Origin: Amoebidium appalachense | Lineage: Eukaryota > Protista > Ichthyosporea | Reading direction: 5' to 3' | Length of the DNA stretch: 64,000 nt | NCBI GenBank assembly: GCA_963693365.1 | Contig: CAVNZM010000004.1 | Span: forward strand, 578,448-642,447 | Shown here: piece by piece, positions 1-14,621 of the stretch | Layout: each line of letters starts with the position of its first letter | Position numbering within the stretch: the first letter of the stretch is position 1 | Position numbers and translations under genes: made by a program | Notes under the pieces: generated by a model | Told to the model about the DNA's origin: nothing | What the model saw: the letters and a program-made list of their open reading frames with translations, nothing else | Database searches by the model: none

Positions 1-914
1 GGCTGGGAATGACGGTTACCCCCTTTACGTGGGGGGTAGGGTGACCGGGAACGATAGCCGGGGGAACGGGACCGTGAGTAATCACGGTCAACTGAGGGGG
101 ATCGATCGGTGGGACGACCGCGGGGGTGACGGGAGACGGAGCTGTCACGTCGGGGGATCCGGTGTCTGAGGTCGTCCTTGGTGAGTACACGGCTTTGCAG
201 GGCACGTGCTGTTCGGACGGTGGAGGAGGACCCGGACCCAGAGTCGATGAGACCTTCACGGATCTCTGCAGCTCTGATGTCACTGATTAGACGGTTGTAG
301 GTCTCGTAGTTAATGGTACGACGGAAGTAGTCGGCAATCATGGCCTGGATGTCGGTACAAACTAACTTACGGTTCTTCTTGAGGTGGATGAAGAAGTTAT
401 CAACCATAGTCTTGTGAGGAATGGGCTCTTCGAGGATGTGCAGGGTAGTGCACAGACGGCGTGCCATGGTGAGGTAGGCCGTGACGGTCTTGAAGTCTTT
501 GAGTTCAAGCTCATGGTAGTCGAGGAGGATTTGACGAGCACGATCTTCACGTTCAGCCGCATAGGTCATACGGAGGTTGTGGAAAGCTTGGGCAGGTGAC
601 ACATCATCGTGGATTTGACCAGAGTTATACAGCTCATCATTGGAGACGAGTTGAGTAAACATCTGTTCAAGGAGGTTGGAAGCCTCGGTGTAGGCCTCCT
701 CAGTGTCGTAGCCGTGCCACTCATTCTCGTCGGAAGGGTCGACCCACTCGGGGGCCTTGATGACGGGCACTAACTTGGCCGCGGTGGTGGTACGTAGGTA
801 CCGGAAGATGACGGGTTCCCACTCATAATAGGTGAGACGTTTGCCGGACTTCTTGTCCGTGGTGTCATCCCCTTTCCAGGGGGTGAGGTTGAGATACGCA
901 GGTTTCTCCGACAT
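1..914 (-). CDS. gag: Ty1/copia-type gag (start of gag-pol polyprotein), runs off the window edge
   Basis: Hand translation from ATG at 914 is open for about 304 codons to the window edge (MSEKPAYLNLTPWKGDD...). It includes the copia capsid-like segment AQAFHNLRMTYAAEREDRARQILLDYHELELKDFKTVTAYLTMARRLCTTL and an RS-rich tail. It lies just downstream of a copia-like PBS and LTR. It is missing from the ORF track because it has no stop in the window. Confidence 0.8.
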   Translation of the reverse strand, partial: MSEKPAYLNLTPWKGDDTTDKKSGKRLTYYEWEPVIFRYLRTTTAAKLVPVIKAPEWVDPSDENEWHGYDTEEAYTEASNLLEQMFTQLVSNDELYNSGQIHDDVSPAQAFHNLRMTYAAEREDRARQILLDYHELELKDFKTVTAYLTMARRLCTTLHILEEPIPHKTMVDNFFIHLKKNRKLVCTDIQAMIADYFRRTINYETYNRLISDIRAAEIREGLIDSGSGSSSTVRTARALQSRVLTKDDLRHRIPRRDSSVSRHPRGRPTDRSPSVDRDYSRSRSPGYRSRSPYPPRKGGNRHSQ

Positions 915-1020
915 GGTGATCAATCAGTCAGATGATGCGTGAGAGAGGAATCAGATCGGTATTCAAATTTGAATATTTTTGATTGCAGCGAGAGTATGTG
1001 TTTGCGAGAGCGTGCGAAAA

Positions 1021-1033
1021 TGGGCCTTTAACC
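1021..1033 (-). other. Primer-binding site of copia element (half-tRNA type)
   Basis: Minus strand reads ...AACAACA|GGTTAAAGGCCCA directly after the LTR end. This matches the GGTTATGGGCCCA PBS of Drosophila copia-type elements at 11 of 13 positions. Confidence 0.7.
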
Positions 1034-1508
1034 TGTTGTTTTGTACGGGTCTAAGGGAGCAGAGTGCACAGAGGTGTCATGTAAAACACGACTAACACAT
1101 TAATGAGAGGGCAATCGGAGTTGTTCACGAGACATTGAAAGATTTCAAACAACAACTGAATCTTTATTGTGCTCTCGGTTCCTTTTGTACTTGCGACTTA
1201 TCACCTTATCACAACTAAAGAGGGAGAACCAATCGGTTCTATCAGAAGATAGAAAAACACATTCCGACAGAGCATACGCATTCCAACTTCCGATTAAACT
1301 AAAGTGTAGAAACTCTTACTTAAATAAATTAAGTAATTATACATCTAGTCACTATTAACTCACATATATATTTATGTTCGTCTCTATAAAGAAACTTATT
1401 TAAATACATATATTTCCTAACAGTCGACACTCTCAAAGTGAAGACACTTTGCAATAAACCGAATTCCATATATATCTATTGTCCAATCACAACACACATA
1501 TATTAACA
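1034..1508 (-). mobile_element. 5' LTR of copia retrotransposon (outer boundary 1508 or 1422)
   Basis: TGTT...AACA termini: the inner end is at 1034 and candidate outer ends are TAACA at 1422 or 1508. The region is AT-rich, with minus-strand AATAAA at 1163-1168 and a TATA-like tract near 1365. The partner LTR and TSD are outside the window. Confidence 0.65.
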
Positions 1509-1786
1509 GACAGGAATGCACAACACAATCTACAGATGTACTCGCTCGCGACTATTGGCGAGCCATCCTTTTGAGAACAAACTAGGCCATTTTGAAATAA
1601 AGGAAAGACAACGAGTGAGGCTAGCCAATCACGCTACCTCTCAGATAAACAGAGGAGAGCAAATAGAAATAAAACACAATAAGTTCTTATCAGGCAAGAG
1701 AGCCAGGTGTGCACAGATCTACAGATATCTGTGCCCACAGAAACAAGGGAGAGAGAGATACGGGGGGGGGGGGGGGGGGGGGGGGG

Positions 1787-1893
<107 letters not shown>

Positions 1894-2145
1894 AGCACAA
1901 AGGAGGAAAGCAGACACGAATACAAACAAGCTAGGACACATACATACTTCAAGGCTCTTGCTGTCATACATGGTGACGTATTCCAACAGGGGGAGAGGGG
2001 GGGGGGGGGGGGTAGAATGTGATATACAGCACAAATTACAGTTTGCGTCCGCGCGGAAGATTCCACACTTTTGCGGGGGTGGGGATGGAATCTTAATTCT
2101 CAATTAGAAGCTCAAGTTTTGGCCGTCCTCATAATCTTAATAGTC

Positions 2146-2183
<38 letters not shown>

Positions 2184-2251
2184 CATTGCAGATACAAGTT
2201 GGTGTGCGCATCAAGTTGATAACGAGTGGTAAGGCTGCAGTGGTGGTTCAA

Positions 2252-2335
2252 GCTGTGGCTATATAATACCTTGGTGTGGCTATATAATACCTTGCTGTGG
2301 CTATATAAGACCTTGCTGTGGCTATATTATACCTT
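2252..2335. repeat. 21-bp tandem repeat x4 (CTGTGGCTATATAATACCTTG)
   Basis: Four near-identical adjacent units. Confidence 0.9.
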
Positions 2336-2849
2336 TTTGCTGTGTTGTGTACGTTCATGTGTGAGCCCTCTTTTGGAGAGTTGGGGGGGGGGGGGGGGGA
2401 AGCTTAAGGGGGAGGGGAGGGAGAAGGGGGATGAAAGGGGGCCGGGGGGGGGGGGGGGGGGGGGGAGGCGAGGGAGGAGAGGGGGAAAAGAAAAAAAAAG
2501 GCAGCTGGGCCGGACTCGAAGCCGCGGGTGCAAGTGGAAATGGAATATAGCTTTAAATTTTGAGTGAAATACTGAATTATGTTTTGCAGCGGAACTTATA
2601 TCGTAATTTGAGTTTAAAAAGCTGCACCCCATATGAAATTTAAGATTATTCTGAAAATAGGCCCGTCAGCACAATCTTAAAATTTTGGCAAAATCGGCGT
2701 CGATGGAATCTTGTTGGCGGACAATCTTGCACGCGGACGCACACTGTACACATTCACGGACGGACGAACACAATGACCTAATTCGTACTTGAACACACAC
2801 AGAGAATAATACTGCATCTCATGCAGAGACATACATAAAGGGGGGAACT

Positions 2850-2934
<85 letters not shown>

Positions 2935-3092
2935 GGGGGGGCGGGGGGAGGGGGGGGGGGAGGGGGGAGAGGGGGGGGGGGGGGGGGGGGGGGAGAGGGG
3001 GGGGGGGGGGGGGGTGAAGATAAGGGGGGAGAGGGGGGAGGGAAGGAGGGGCGTGTGGGGGGGGGGAGGGGGGGGGTGGAAGGGGATACGTA

Positions 3093-4250
3093 CTAGACAT
3101 GGCGGATTCGGACCCTGTCCAGGTGCGTGAGGGCCAATGCCTTCTGCCTCTCGCAATGTTCAAGCAGGGTGGCCCGGACTAGGGCCTCGATCTCAGCATC
3201 ATCGATATCACCGTCCACCGCATTGCCTTGTTCCCTAGAGACAGGATGTGTGAGATGACCACGAGCGGGAGAAAGAGAAAGCGTTTGGGAGCCTCAGGGT
3301 TTGATGGGAGTAAGTGCAGGGATGGAGGTCGTGGTGGGTGGGTGGGGAGGGGGGGGGGTTGGGGGGAGGGGGGAGGGGGGGGGGAGTAGATTCAGTTGGC
3401 ACAAGTTCAGAGCAGATAAGTGAATGGCATCCGCTCCGTGACGCACTGAGTTACGCAGTATCATCGGAATCAAAGCCCTACGTAATGGGGGGAGCAAGTA
3501 TTACAGCTCTGAGTTCATTTCTGGAAAACAAAACAAATGGTGCCATCATGCCTACACTTGTTCATTTACTTCAAAGATATTCCGGCCTCAATCTTCAAAT
3601 AGGAAGGGGAAAAAAAAAAGTTTTTCTTGTGCAAGGTGACCTGTTCACATGCCTAGTAAAATTTTTTATTTCTTCTTCTCAGCTTGGCGAGGGCGTGGAG
3701 GGGCGGAGGGAGCAAGGGGGGGCGGGGGGGAGGGGAGGGGAAGGAGGGAGGGGGGAGGGGGGAGGGGGGAGGGAGCAGGGGGGGTTGTTTTTGGTATATG
3801 GGGGGGGGAGGGGGGGGGGGGGGGGGGGAAGGACAGGGGGCAGGGTGTTTTTGATAAATGGATTAGGGGAGGAAAGAGAGAGAGAGCTAAGCTAGACGGC
3901 GGGGGGGGGGGGGGGGGGGGGGGGGGGGGAGGGGGAGGATAAAATACCGTTCCACGCCAACGGCCCCAGAAGGGGAAGCTGCAGCAGTATAACCACCTTG
4001 GGGGGCCGTGCTTGGGTCCGTCTGGGTATGGAAAATATTATTGCTGTTGGGCCTATCTTTACGCTAGTGCAACCAGGAGCATACAAAGCAACATAAGCAC
4101 ACGCCAACACACACGATAAGAGAAGAAAAGGTTACGCTAACAAACAATTTCATGAGCATTTTCATGCCACACACCCACTGCCAGCACAGACGAAGTCACA
4201 CACCGTCCCTACACACATGCTTTAGAGTGTTGGATACCTGAATGTTCGTT

Positions 4251-4281
<31 letters not shown>

Positions 4282-4644
4282 CTGAGGTGCTCCTGTACCT
4301 CCCCTGTGATGATGACTATCATAAAGACCAAGAAAAAATATGCCATATTGCCACGAGGTGTGAATTCAGAATAAATTTGCTCCGGTCAGTGCACACCAAA
4401 CAAGTGCACTCGGTACAAGGGCAAAAGAGAAACCACGTTAAACAGCCCACTACCAAGCAGCCCAAGTGCTTCACTTATGAGCTGAAGAAATGTAAGTCAT
4501 TCCCAGGCAATCAATTCCCCATACCTGCACATGTGTCTGTCCATGTACACGCTGCTGCCACACCCCTTCACGGCCCTCAGGCTGAGGTTCGTCGTTGGGA
4601 ACACCCTCACCTCGCTGCATAGCTGGTGCCTCGTTGTATGACAT
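3093..4644 (-). CDS. Putative small 3-exon hypothetical protein (about 125 aa); exons 4644-4525, 4063-3948, 3234-3093
   Basis: The start has CCACC-ATG context. Donors are CAG|GTATGG and CG|GTATTT, acceptors CTAG and CTAG, and the phases are compatible. Product: MSYNEAPAMQR...QTHVQ/RKDRPNSNN...GVE R/EQGNAVDGDIDDAEIEALVRATLLEHCERQKALALTHLDRVRIRHV*. No recognised domain. The 3' end could instead continue through a GTACGT donor at 3093. Confidence 0.45.
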
Positions 4645-6003
4645 GGTGGTGGCCAGCCGGGAAAACTTGCGGAAGGAAAGAAGAAAGAAAAAACAACAAA
4701 GAAGGAATGGAAAGGCCCTGAATGAAGCAATTGAATAAAAAGGGTACTAGGCTGCTATAACAAAATATGAGATGGAAAAGAGAATAAGAAACGGACTCGC
4801 CCCCGATGGTAATATTGACTTCCTGCCATGAGAGAAATTGAGAGCACATAGAGAGTGAGCTTACAATTCTGTCCACCAACCGCTTTCAAGTGTGTGTTCG
4901 TTTAAAAAAGTTTTGCTGACTTCAGCTGATCTGAAACCAAAGCCGATCATTGAGAACGTGCAAGGCTTTAGTCCAAACAAAGTTAAAAGCCAACAAACAA
5001 ACACAAACAAACAAACACGTGACAAACAAACAAAAAACCTGTTAGGCTCGACATGTTTTTTTTATTGTTTTTTTTAAATTTATTTGCTCCTCTGTTTATT
5101 TACAATGTATACCCCTTGTACTGCCGTCCTATGCCATGTTAGTGAGTGGTGCTGCCACGAGAAAAGTACATAACTTATGATATGGAACTTGAAGCCATCG
5201 TGGTGTGAGAATGACACGGTACATATGTACGTACCGTTAAAAAACTTCAATAAGTCGAAAATGGTGATAGTGTTGGACAAGACAACATTGCAGGTGGCTT
5301 CCGGCCCGTAATAGATGGTAATTTTTTTTCTCTTGACTGGGATTTATTGATCACTGAGTGGCCCAGTGGATATGAAGGCAACGTGCAGCCACAGGCTACA
5401 TGACCACCAAAATAACCGACTTCGAAAGAGCCACAGCGATGAAATAAAAAATAAAACAACAAGTGACCAAAGGACACCAGAAACTAGTTTGCTCCAACTA
5501 GTCCATCAGATGATGTCATATGCAGCGATGATGACCAGACCACACTCCGCAAGAAGACAACAGGCCCCCAGCAAAACCTATCGGGGCACAGCAACTTGAA
5601 GCAAGTCAGCCCTTTAACGAGCAATGCAGACCAAATCCGAGCGAGCCCCTTCCCACCACAAAAAGAAAAAACGAAAGCCTTTATATACCTGCCGTGGTGA
5701 AGAATCGGGAAACAAAGTTGACGTGACAGCTAAGAGATCGAAGTAAAAGTTGAATCGCTTTTTCCAGCAACAGTGAAGCGGTAGTGCGGTATTAGTTCAT
5801 ATACACTGACAGTATGAGTCATTATGAGTCGATATACTATGTCAAAGTGACTTACTGCCGTGCCCGAAAGTATTGTGCTCTTGCTCGTGTGAGAGGCTGA
5901 TGTAAGCAATATATAGCCTGGGAACGTTGAGCATGGGACCCATTATCAGCCAAAAGCATGAATCAAATCATAATGCATGTGATTGCGTGATCATGCTCGA
6001 AAG

Positions 6004-6522
6004 TTTTTTTTTTCTTTTGACTGGATTTATTCGACGGAAAGATATGCAAGTATGCACGGCATACTGAGAAGACAATAAAAAACTTCACGAGTTATCCAGT
6101 AACAAGTGCATACTGAGATACCTGAACACTGTCTGAAAATCATATAAATACTCAATGTGACGACCAACAGAATTCAACAAAAAGTCTAAAGTGTTCACAT
6201 TGCCAGCCAGTGTAGCACACACCCGTAGGGAAAGAGGTAAAACGCGACATAAATACTCACACCTATCAACATGCTTTCGATTAAAAAGTTCAGCACAAAA
6301 GTGGCACCAGCGGCGATGAAAACAAGAATTACAACGCCACTGCACAACTTCCCAGGCAATATCAACATCAGAGCACCATACAGACTTATCTACTAGACCG
6401 GTGGTATCCATACGTATAGCAGGAGAAATGTATCCCGCCAAAGCTCCCAAAAAGCGATAATGATCAGTACGGTGTTGCCTAAGGAACATAACACATGCCG
6501 ACTGAGTTGTAAGTACCTTTGA

Positions 6523-6526
<4 letters not shown>
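6004..6526 (-). mobile_element. 5'-truncated 3' fragment of a non-LTR retrotransposon (C-terminal Zn-finger region, AATAAA, A-tail)
   Basis: ORF 6085-6489 (YISPAIR..VD..QWRCN..C..C..FNRKH..C..NTLDFLLN) aligns by eye with the C-terminus of the 6975-9311 RT protein (YILPSCR..AD..QWRSN..C..FNRSC..C..NILDFILN). It is followed by AATAAA (6026-6031) and an A-rich tail (6004-6018). Confidence 0.75.
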
Positions 6527-6598
<72 letters not shown>

Positions 6599-6690
6599 CG
6601 TGAATGCGCGTGTGCGTGTGTGCGTGTGTGCGTGTGTGCGTGTGTGCGTGCGTGCGTGTGTGCGTGTGTGTGCGCGTGCCACGCGTGTGT
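6527..6690. repeat. (TG)n / (TGCG)n microsatellite between the two retroelements
   Basis: Direct reading. Confidence 0.9.
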
Positions 6691-6974
6691 GCGGTTTCAC
6701 GCGAATGCAGTGGTGTTTTCGCCCGCACACGTGTCAGGATGATGCATGGGATAATGCATGCCGTGGACACGATAACAACGTCGTGGTCAGTGAGAGCAAG
6801 TCACGCAAACCATTCATGCAGAATGACCACGCGTCATGGTAGATAGAGTGTATTACATTTACTCTAGTATTGTTGCTATAGCCACGTGTCTATATTGAGG
6901 AAACCACAACCTAAATTAGGCATATCGTGCTTCAGAAAAGGCTTTACCCCCCTCTGAGCCACTGCTCACGCTAG

Positions 6975-9311
6975 TTGCCATATATAGTAGTTTTTGAGCA
7001 CAGGAAGGAATATCCCGATGCTCTCTTGTTACCAAACACCACTCCCGCTAGACTAGGTGAACCCCTGTCTCAAAAGGAAAGCTTGCGCCGGCTTGCTAGT
7101 ATGAATCGATTTGGCCCCCCTGCTCGTATTATTGGTGATACCACTGGAGACCCCCTCATAGACTCTGATAAGTATTTCTCGGAACTGTTTAAAGATAGGA
7201 CCCCCGCTCAGAAACCTATTGTGTGGCCTGTAGACCCATCTATCCCCATAGAATCGATCCTCCCCTTTTTCAGTCCCGATGCCATATGGTCTGTGATATC
7301 TAGTTATAGCTCTAGTAAGTCTTGTGGACCTGATGGACTCCCTGCTGGGTTTCTTAAAATCCTTGTTCCCTCCTACCCACAAAAGGAAAGTGATCGTGCT
7401 ATTAAACCTGATCTTACTATCATGTTAAGCTCTCTCTTTTCTTGGTGTGTTAAATGTGGACATGTCCCGTCATCTTGGTTAGATACCTTAGTGATCCCCA
7501 TAGTTAAGAAGGACTCTGAGGGCCCCATATCATCCTTTCGCCCCATTACACTAACCCAGGTTGTTCGTAGATTCTTTGAAGCTTGCTTACTTAGGTTATT
7601 TGCACATCACCCTAGGTTTCAATCTATTCTTCACATACACCCATGCCAATCCGCTTTTCGTAAAAACAATTCATGTTATGTTCAAATAATGGCACTGCAC
7701 GATTCTATGCAAGTTGGTGCACAATATGTTGGCTTTATTGATTGGAAAACTGCTTACGATTCTGTCTCCCCTGGTCTCCTATGGGAAAAGCTTGCTGCAC
7801 GGGGTGTACCACACTGCATTGGTGTTCTGTTAGAAGCACTCTTGTCTCAAACCTATGGTAGAGCTGTGGTTAATGGGCATCTTTCATATGGTTTTGCTCG
7901 TACTAGAGGTCTCTTGCAGGGTTCATTGCTTAGCCCCTTTTTGTTTAACCTATTTATAGATGATTTGGCTGTCAAGATTTACGCCGAAAACGATGACCCT
8001 ATTAATAACTTTCCGCCTGCACTTCTCTATGCTGATGATCTGTCCCTCCTTGCCCGTACCCCTAGACGCCTGCAAAGATTGTTCGATGTAGTGTCAGAGT
8101 GGTGCAAGGCAAACCTTATGATCCTTAACATAGACAAATGTGGTGTTCTTGTACCTGATATAGCTAACAATTTACACACATTTACATTATCATCTAAACC
8201 TGTACCTATAGTTCCAGAATACAAATATCTTGGTGTTCCGGTTGATTCTGTTGGTGTTATGTTTCCCCATATGGTCGAAAAGAGGGTAGAGTTGGCTCGT
8301 AAGCGGTTAGCTTTCTTCTCGGCTAATATTTTTAAAGACACACCCCTCCATCCTTCTATTAGACTTACATTTATTCGCACTTTTGTCTTCCCGGCATGTG
8401 AATATGGTTTACCCCTTCTCGCCGCTTGGATCAAGAAAGAGAGAACTAGAGCGCTTAAACCCTTGGCAAATTTCCTTGAAGCAGAAGTTGCCTCCTTTCT
8501 ATCTAACAACTGTTGTAAACCTGGGCCTGTAACGCTCTCGATATATGGTCTGGTCCCAATAGCTGCTAGAGTATCCTATCTCGCGCTGAAATTCAATAAG
8601 CACATAAGCCGCTTAAAGAAGTATTTGCCCTCCCACCCTCTCTTCTCTATCCGACCTGTCCCCTCCTCACCTCTCCCCTCTTTCCTCCCCTCTCTCTCCC
8701 CTTCTCCCCTGGGCACAAATACAAATAAACCCCGCAATAGTGTGTGTGTGACTTTGGACTGCCACTTACTTATTAAACATGTACACAATCACAAGATAAT
8801 CACGCAATATAACAAATGGAAAAAGATACCACACGACACTAGACCCGATGAAAGCATACACCTTGAAAAACTAAGCCTTATGTCTCGTTTTATATATACT
8901 GACCGCCTCAACCATATTGCCAAATATGGCACTCGCAAGTGTATAACACCTAAATACATATTACCTTCCTGTAGAACTGGTCTTTCTCTAGCTGATGGTA
9001 TTATTGATCAATTACCACGCTTTTACTGTACACGTGCTATACAGTGGAGATCTAATAAGTATAAGGTGGCATCATTTGCATGCCCAAACAACACACACAC
9101 ACACCAGTTTAACCGGTCATGTATCGCCAAATGTAGTTTGATAGACCACATAATACCGCAACACACACACGTCACATTCACAACAGACACCCAGAAAGAT
9201 AGCCTACCTGTAAATTACAACATCCTTGATTTTATACTAAACACGCGTAACTACGACCTGTTTATTAGATGTATTGATTGGCTTGAGAAACACATCACTA
9301 CAAAATTATAG
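6975..9311 (+). mobile_element. Non-LTR (LINE-like) reverse transcriptase ORF with C-terminal Cys/His region and no endonuclease domain
   Basis: 778-codon intronless ORF with non-LTR RT motifs: KSCGPDG, FRPITL, QSAFR, FIDWKTAYDSV, GLLQGSLLSPFLFNLFIDDL, YADD and YKYLGV. The first ATG is at 7101. The stop is followed by (CA)n and then a poly-A run (9420-9459). Confidence 0.92.
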
Positions 9312-9332
9312 CGCACGCGCACACACACACAC

Positions 9333-9383
<51 letters not shown>

Positions 9384-9415
9384 CCAGCTGATACCGAGTG
9401 TCCCGAGGGGAGCCC

Positions 9416-9460
<45 letters not shown>

Positions 9461-9774
9461 GGGGAACCCCAACTAATTGATTTCTCCTTGTAGTCTTTAT
9501 GGTGTCTCGTAGAGAAAGTAAACCCTGATATATAGTCACCACCCGACATCTATGTACGTGATCATGATATACCGCTGAGGGGATATTCCGAGCAAAACCC
9601 CCCCCCCCATACCTGAGACTGGTTCTCTTTGCCTCGAGTAAACAGCGTAAACCCCCCCCCTTAACCATATATGGCAGGTTGGCGCTAAAGTTTCACTTTG
9701 AGAAAGCAGCGCCGTGTGTTTTGGAGTTCCACTTTTCCAAGTTCAGTTTGGGTGTTCTTTTTTTTCTCTTCAAC

Positions 9775-12973
<3,199 letters not shown>

Positions 12974-13849
12974 ACACCCGGGGGAGAGGGGAGGAGGGGG
13001 GGGGGGTGGGAGGAGGGGGGGGGGGGGGGGGGGGGGAGGGGTTGAAAGAGGTTGTTGGGAATGTGAATGATTGTACACACGTATGGATAGGATAAGTGGT
13101 GATCTGACCATTGAAATGATTTCAATGATGACGATGGGGTTGTAAGATGATAATGGTGAATGCTATGCCTTTTGGTGATGTTTTGGTGGATGGGTGGGTT
13201 TGCCGTGGACGTTTTGGCACAAATTTATTACTGTATACTGATGATTCAAGGCCCGGGGAGGGGTATTGTTCGAAGCAGCGACACTTGCTTGAAGAGTATC
13301 CCCGGCTGAGGGATGAATTTGGAACGCTATTTGCAGTTTCAGCTTGTTATTCAGAATGGGAGTAAATTGATGATTGAGTTATTTTTTATATGTGCAGGAC
13401 ACATTAATATCTGAATTATTCTTTTTTGAGATACTGAGATATCTTTTGTATGTTTTGCATTGGGGCAAGGATCTGCCATGCAAAACGACGGCACTAGATT
13501 TTTCACAACTTGGGACACTGCGGCAAATGAGTCTGTGTTCATCATCCCCCCCCCCCTCCCCCCCCCCGTCCCCTGCGCGCACACACATTCACCCCACACA
13601 CACATGACTGCCACCACCCGACCAAGGGGCCTTCCCTATTCCCAATAGCGCACACCAAAAAGTCACCGTGTCATACAAACACAAACGCACACGCACGCGC
13701 ACACATGCGCACACACACACACAGACTGTGCGATAAGGAAGAAGCTTTGTCATTTATCCCATAAACATATAAACATAGCAATATTATTATTTCAAGTTAT
13801 CTGATATCAGCCGGTTGCATGATGGCAGCCTATGGGGGGGAGTGGGTGG

Positions 13850-13884
<35 letters not shown>

Positions 13885-14275
13885 AGTTACTCAGTAATAC
13901 TACCCCCTCCCTGTTTCAAAATCAAGAATTCCGTGCTACTAACTCTATGACGTTAATCACCCCGCACATTGTCGCGATCGATGCCAAGGGGACCTTGGAC
14001 TATGCGGCAAGCACACACAGACAAAACATACAAAAAAAACTGGCACAGCATTAATTTCGGCACATCACATGCAAGTACACTCCTCTCTCGAGCTAACCCC
14101 CCGTGCACACCCACCGTGACACACACAGGAACACAGCACGGTGAGCATGTCATGGATAATGTTGCCACCACCAACAAAAAATTTCAAGCCACAGTGGACG
14201 GTACGAATGCATATGTGGGTGGTGTCAAGGGTTGCAGTCCCCTCCACGCCACTCACCCCCTTTTTTCTTTCACAG

Positions 14276-14621
14276 GGCCACCCCCCACGTTGCTGGTACC
14301 GCAGCCCTCTACCTTGAGGCCTACAGTACAGCCACCCCCCTGCAGGTTCGAAATGGGCTCTTGGCCGTGGCATCACAAAACATCGTTCAAGCCGTCCCTG
14401 CCGATACTGTGAACAGCCTGCTGTATGCTAAGTTTGGCGATCCATCTGCACCCATTCCACCAGCACCCACCACCACCACAACCATCACCATAACCACCAC
14501 CACAACCCGTCCCCCGCTGTCACCCGCCCCCACACCAGCAATGATAATCCAGAAATACCCTGTTTCTGTCCATACTTTTGTATACATTTATATCATCCAG
14601 TTTACACCGGGAGTTATGTAA
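14276..14621 (+). pseudogene. Isolated terminal exon of an S8 (proteinase K/subtilisin-like) serine protease with P/T-rich tail
   Basis: Strong acceptor TTTTTTCTTTCACAG|G followed by ATPHVAGTAALYLE...VRNGLL...TVNSLLY, the segment that follows GTSM in subtilases. No upstream S8 exons were recognisable in the 1.3 kb after GAPDH. Confidence 0.65.

Noticed and set aside
4299-4303. Possible 5-nt microexon (CAG|GGGAG|GTACAG) in the small minus-strand gene
   Set aside because: An alternative acceptor at 4064 joins the flanking exons in frame without it.
7053-8788. Antisense ORFs within the RT gene (similar ones occur in the MFS, UPF1 and 39065 genes)
   Set aside because: They are shadow frames of real coding sequence with no motifs.
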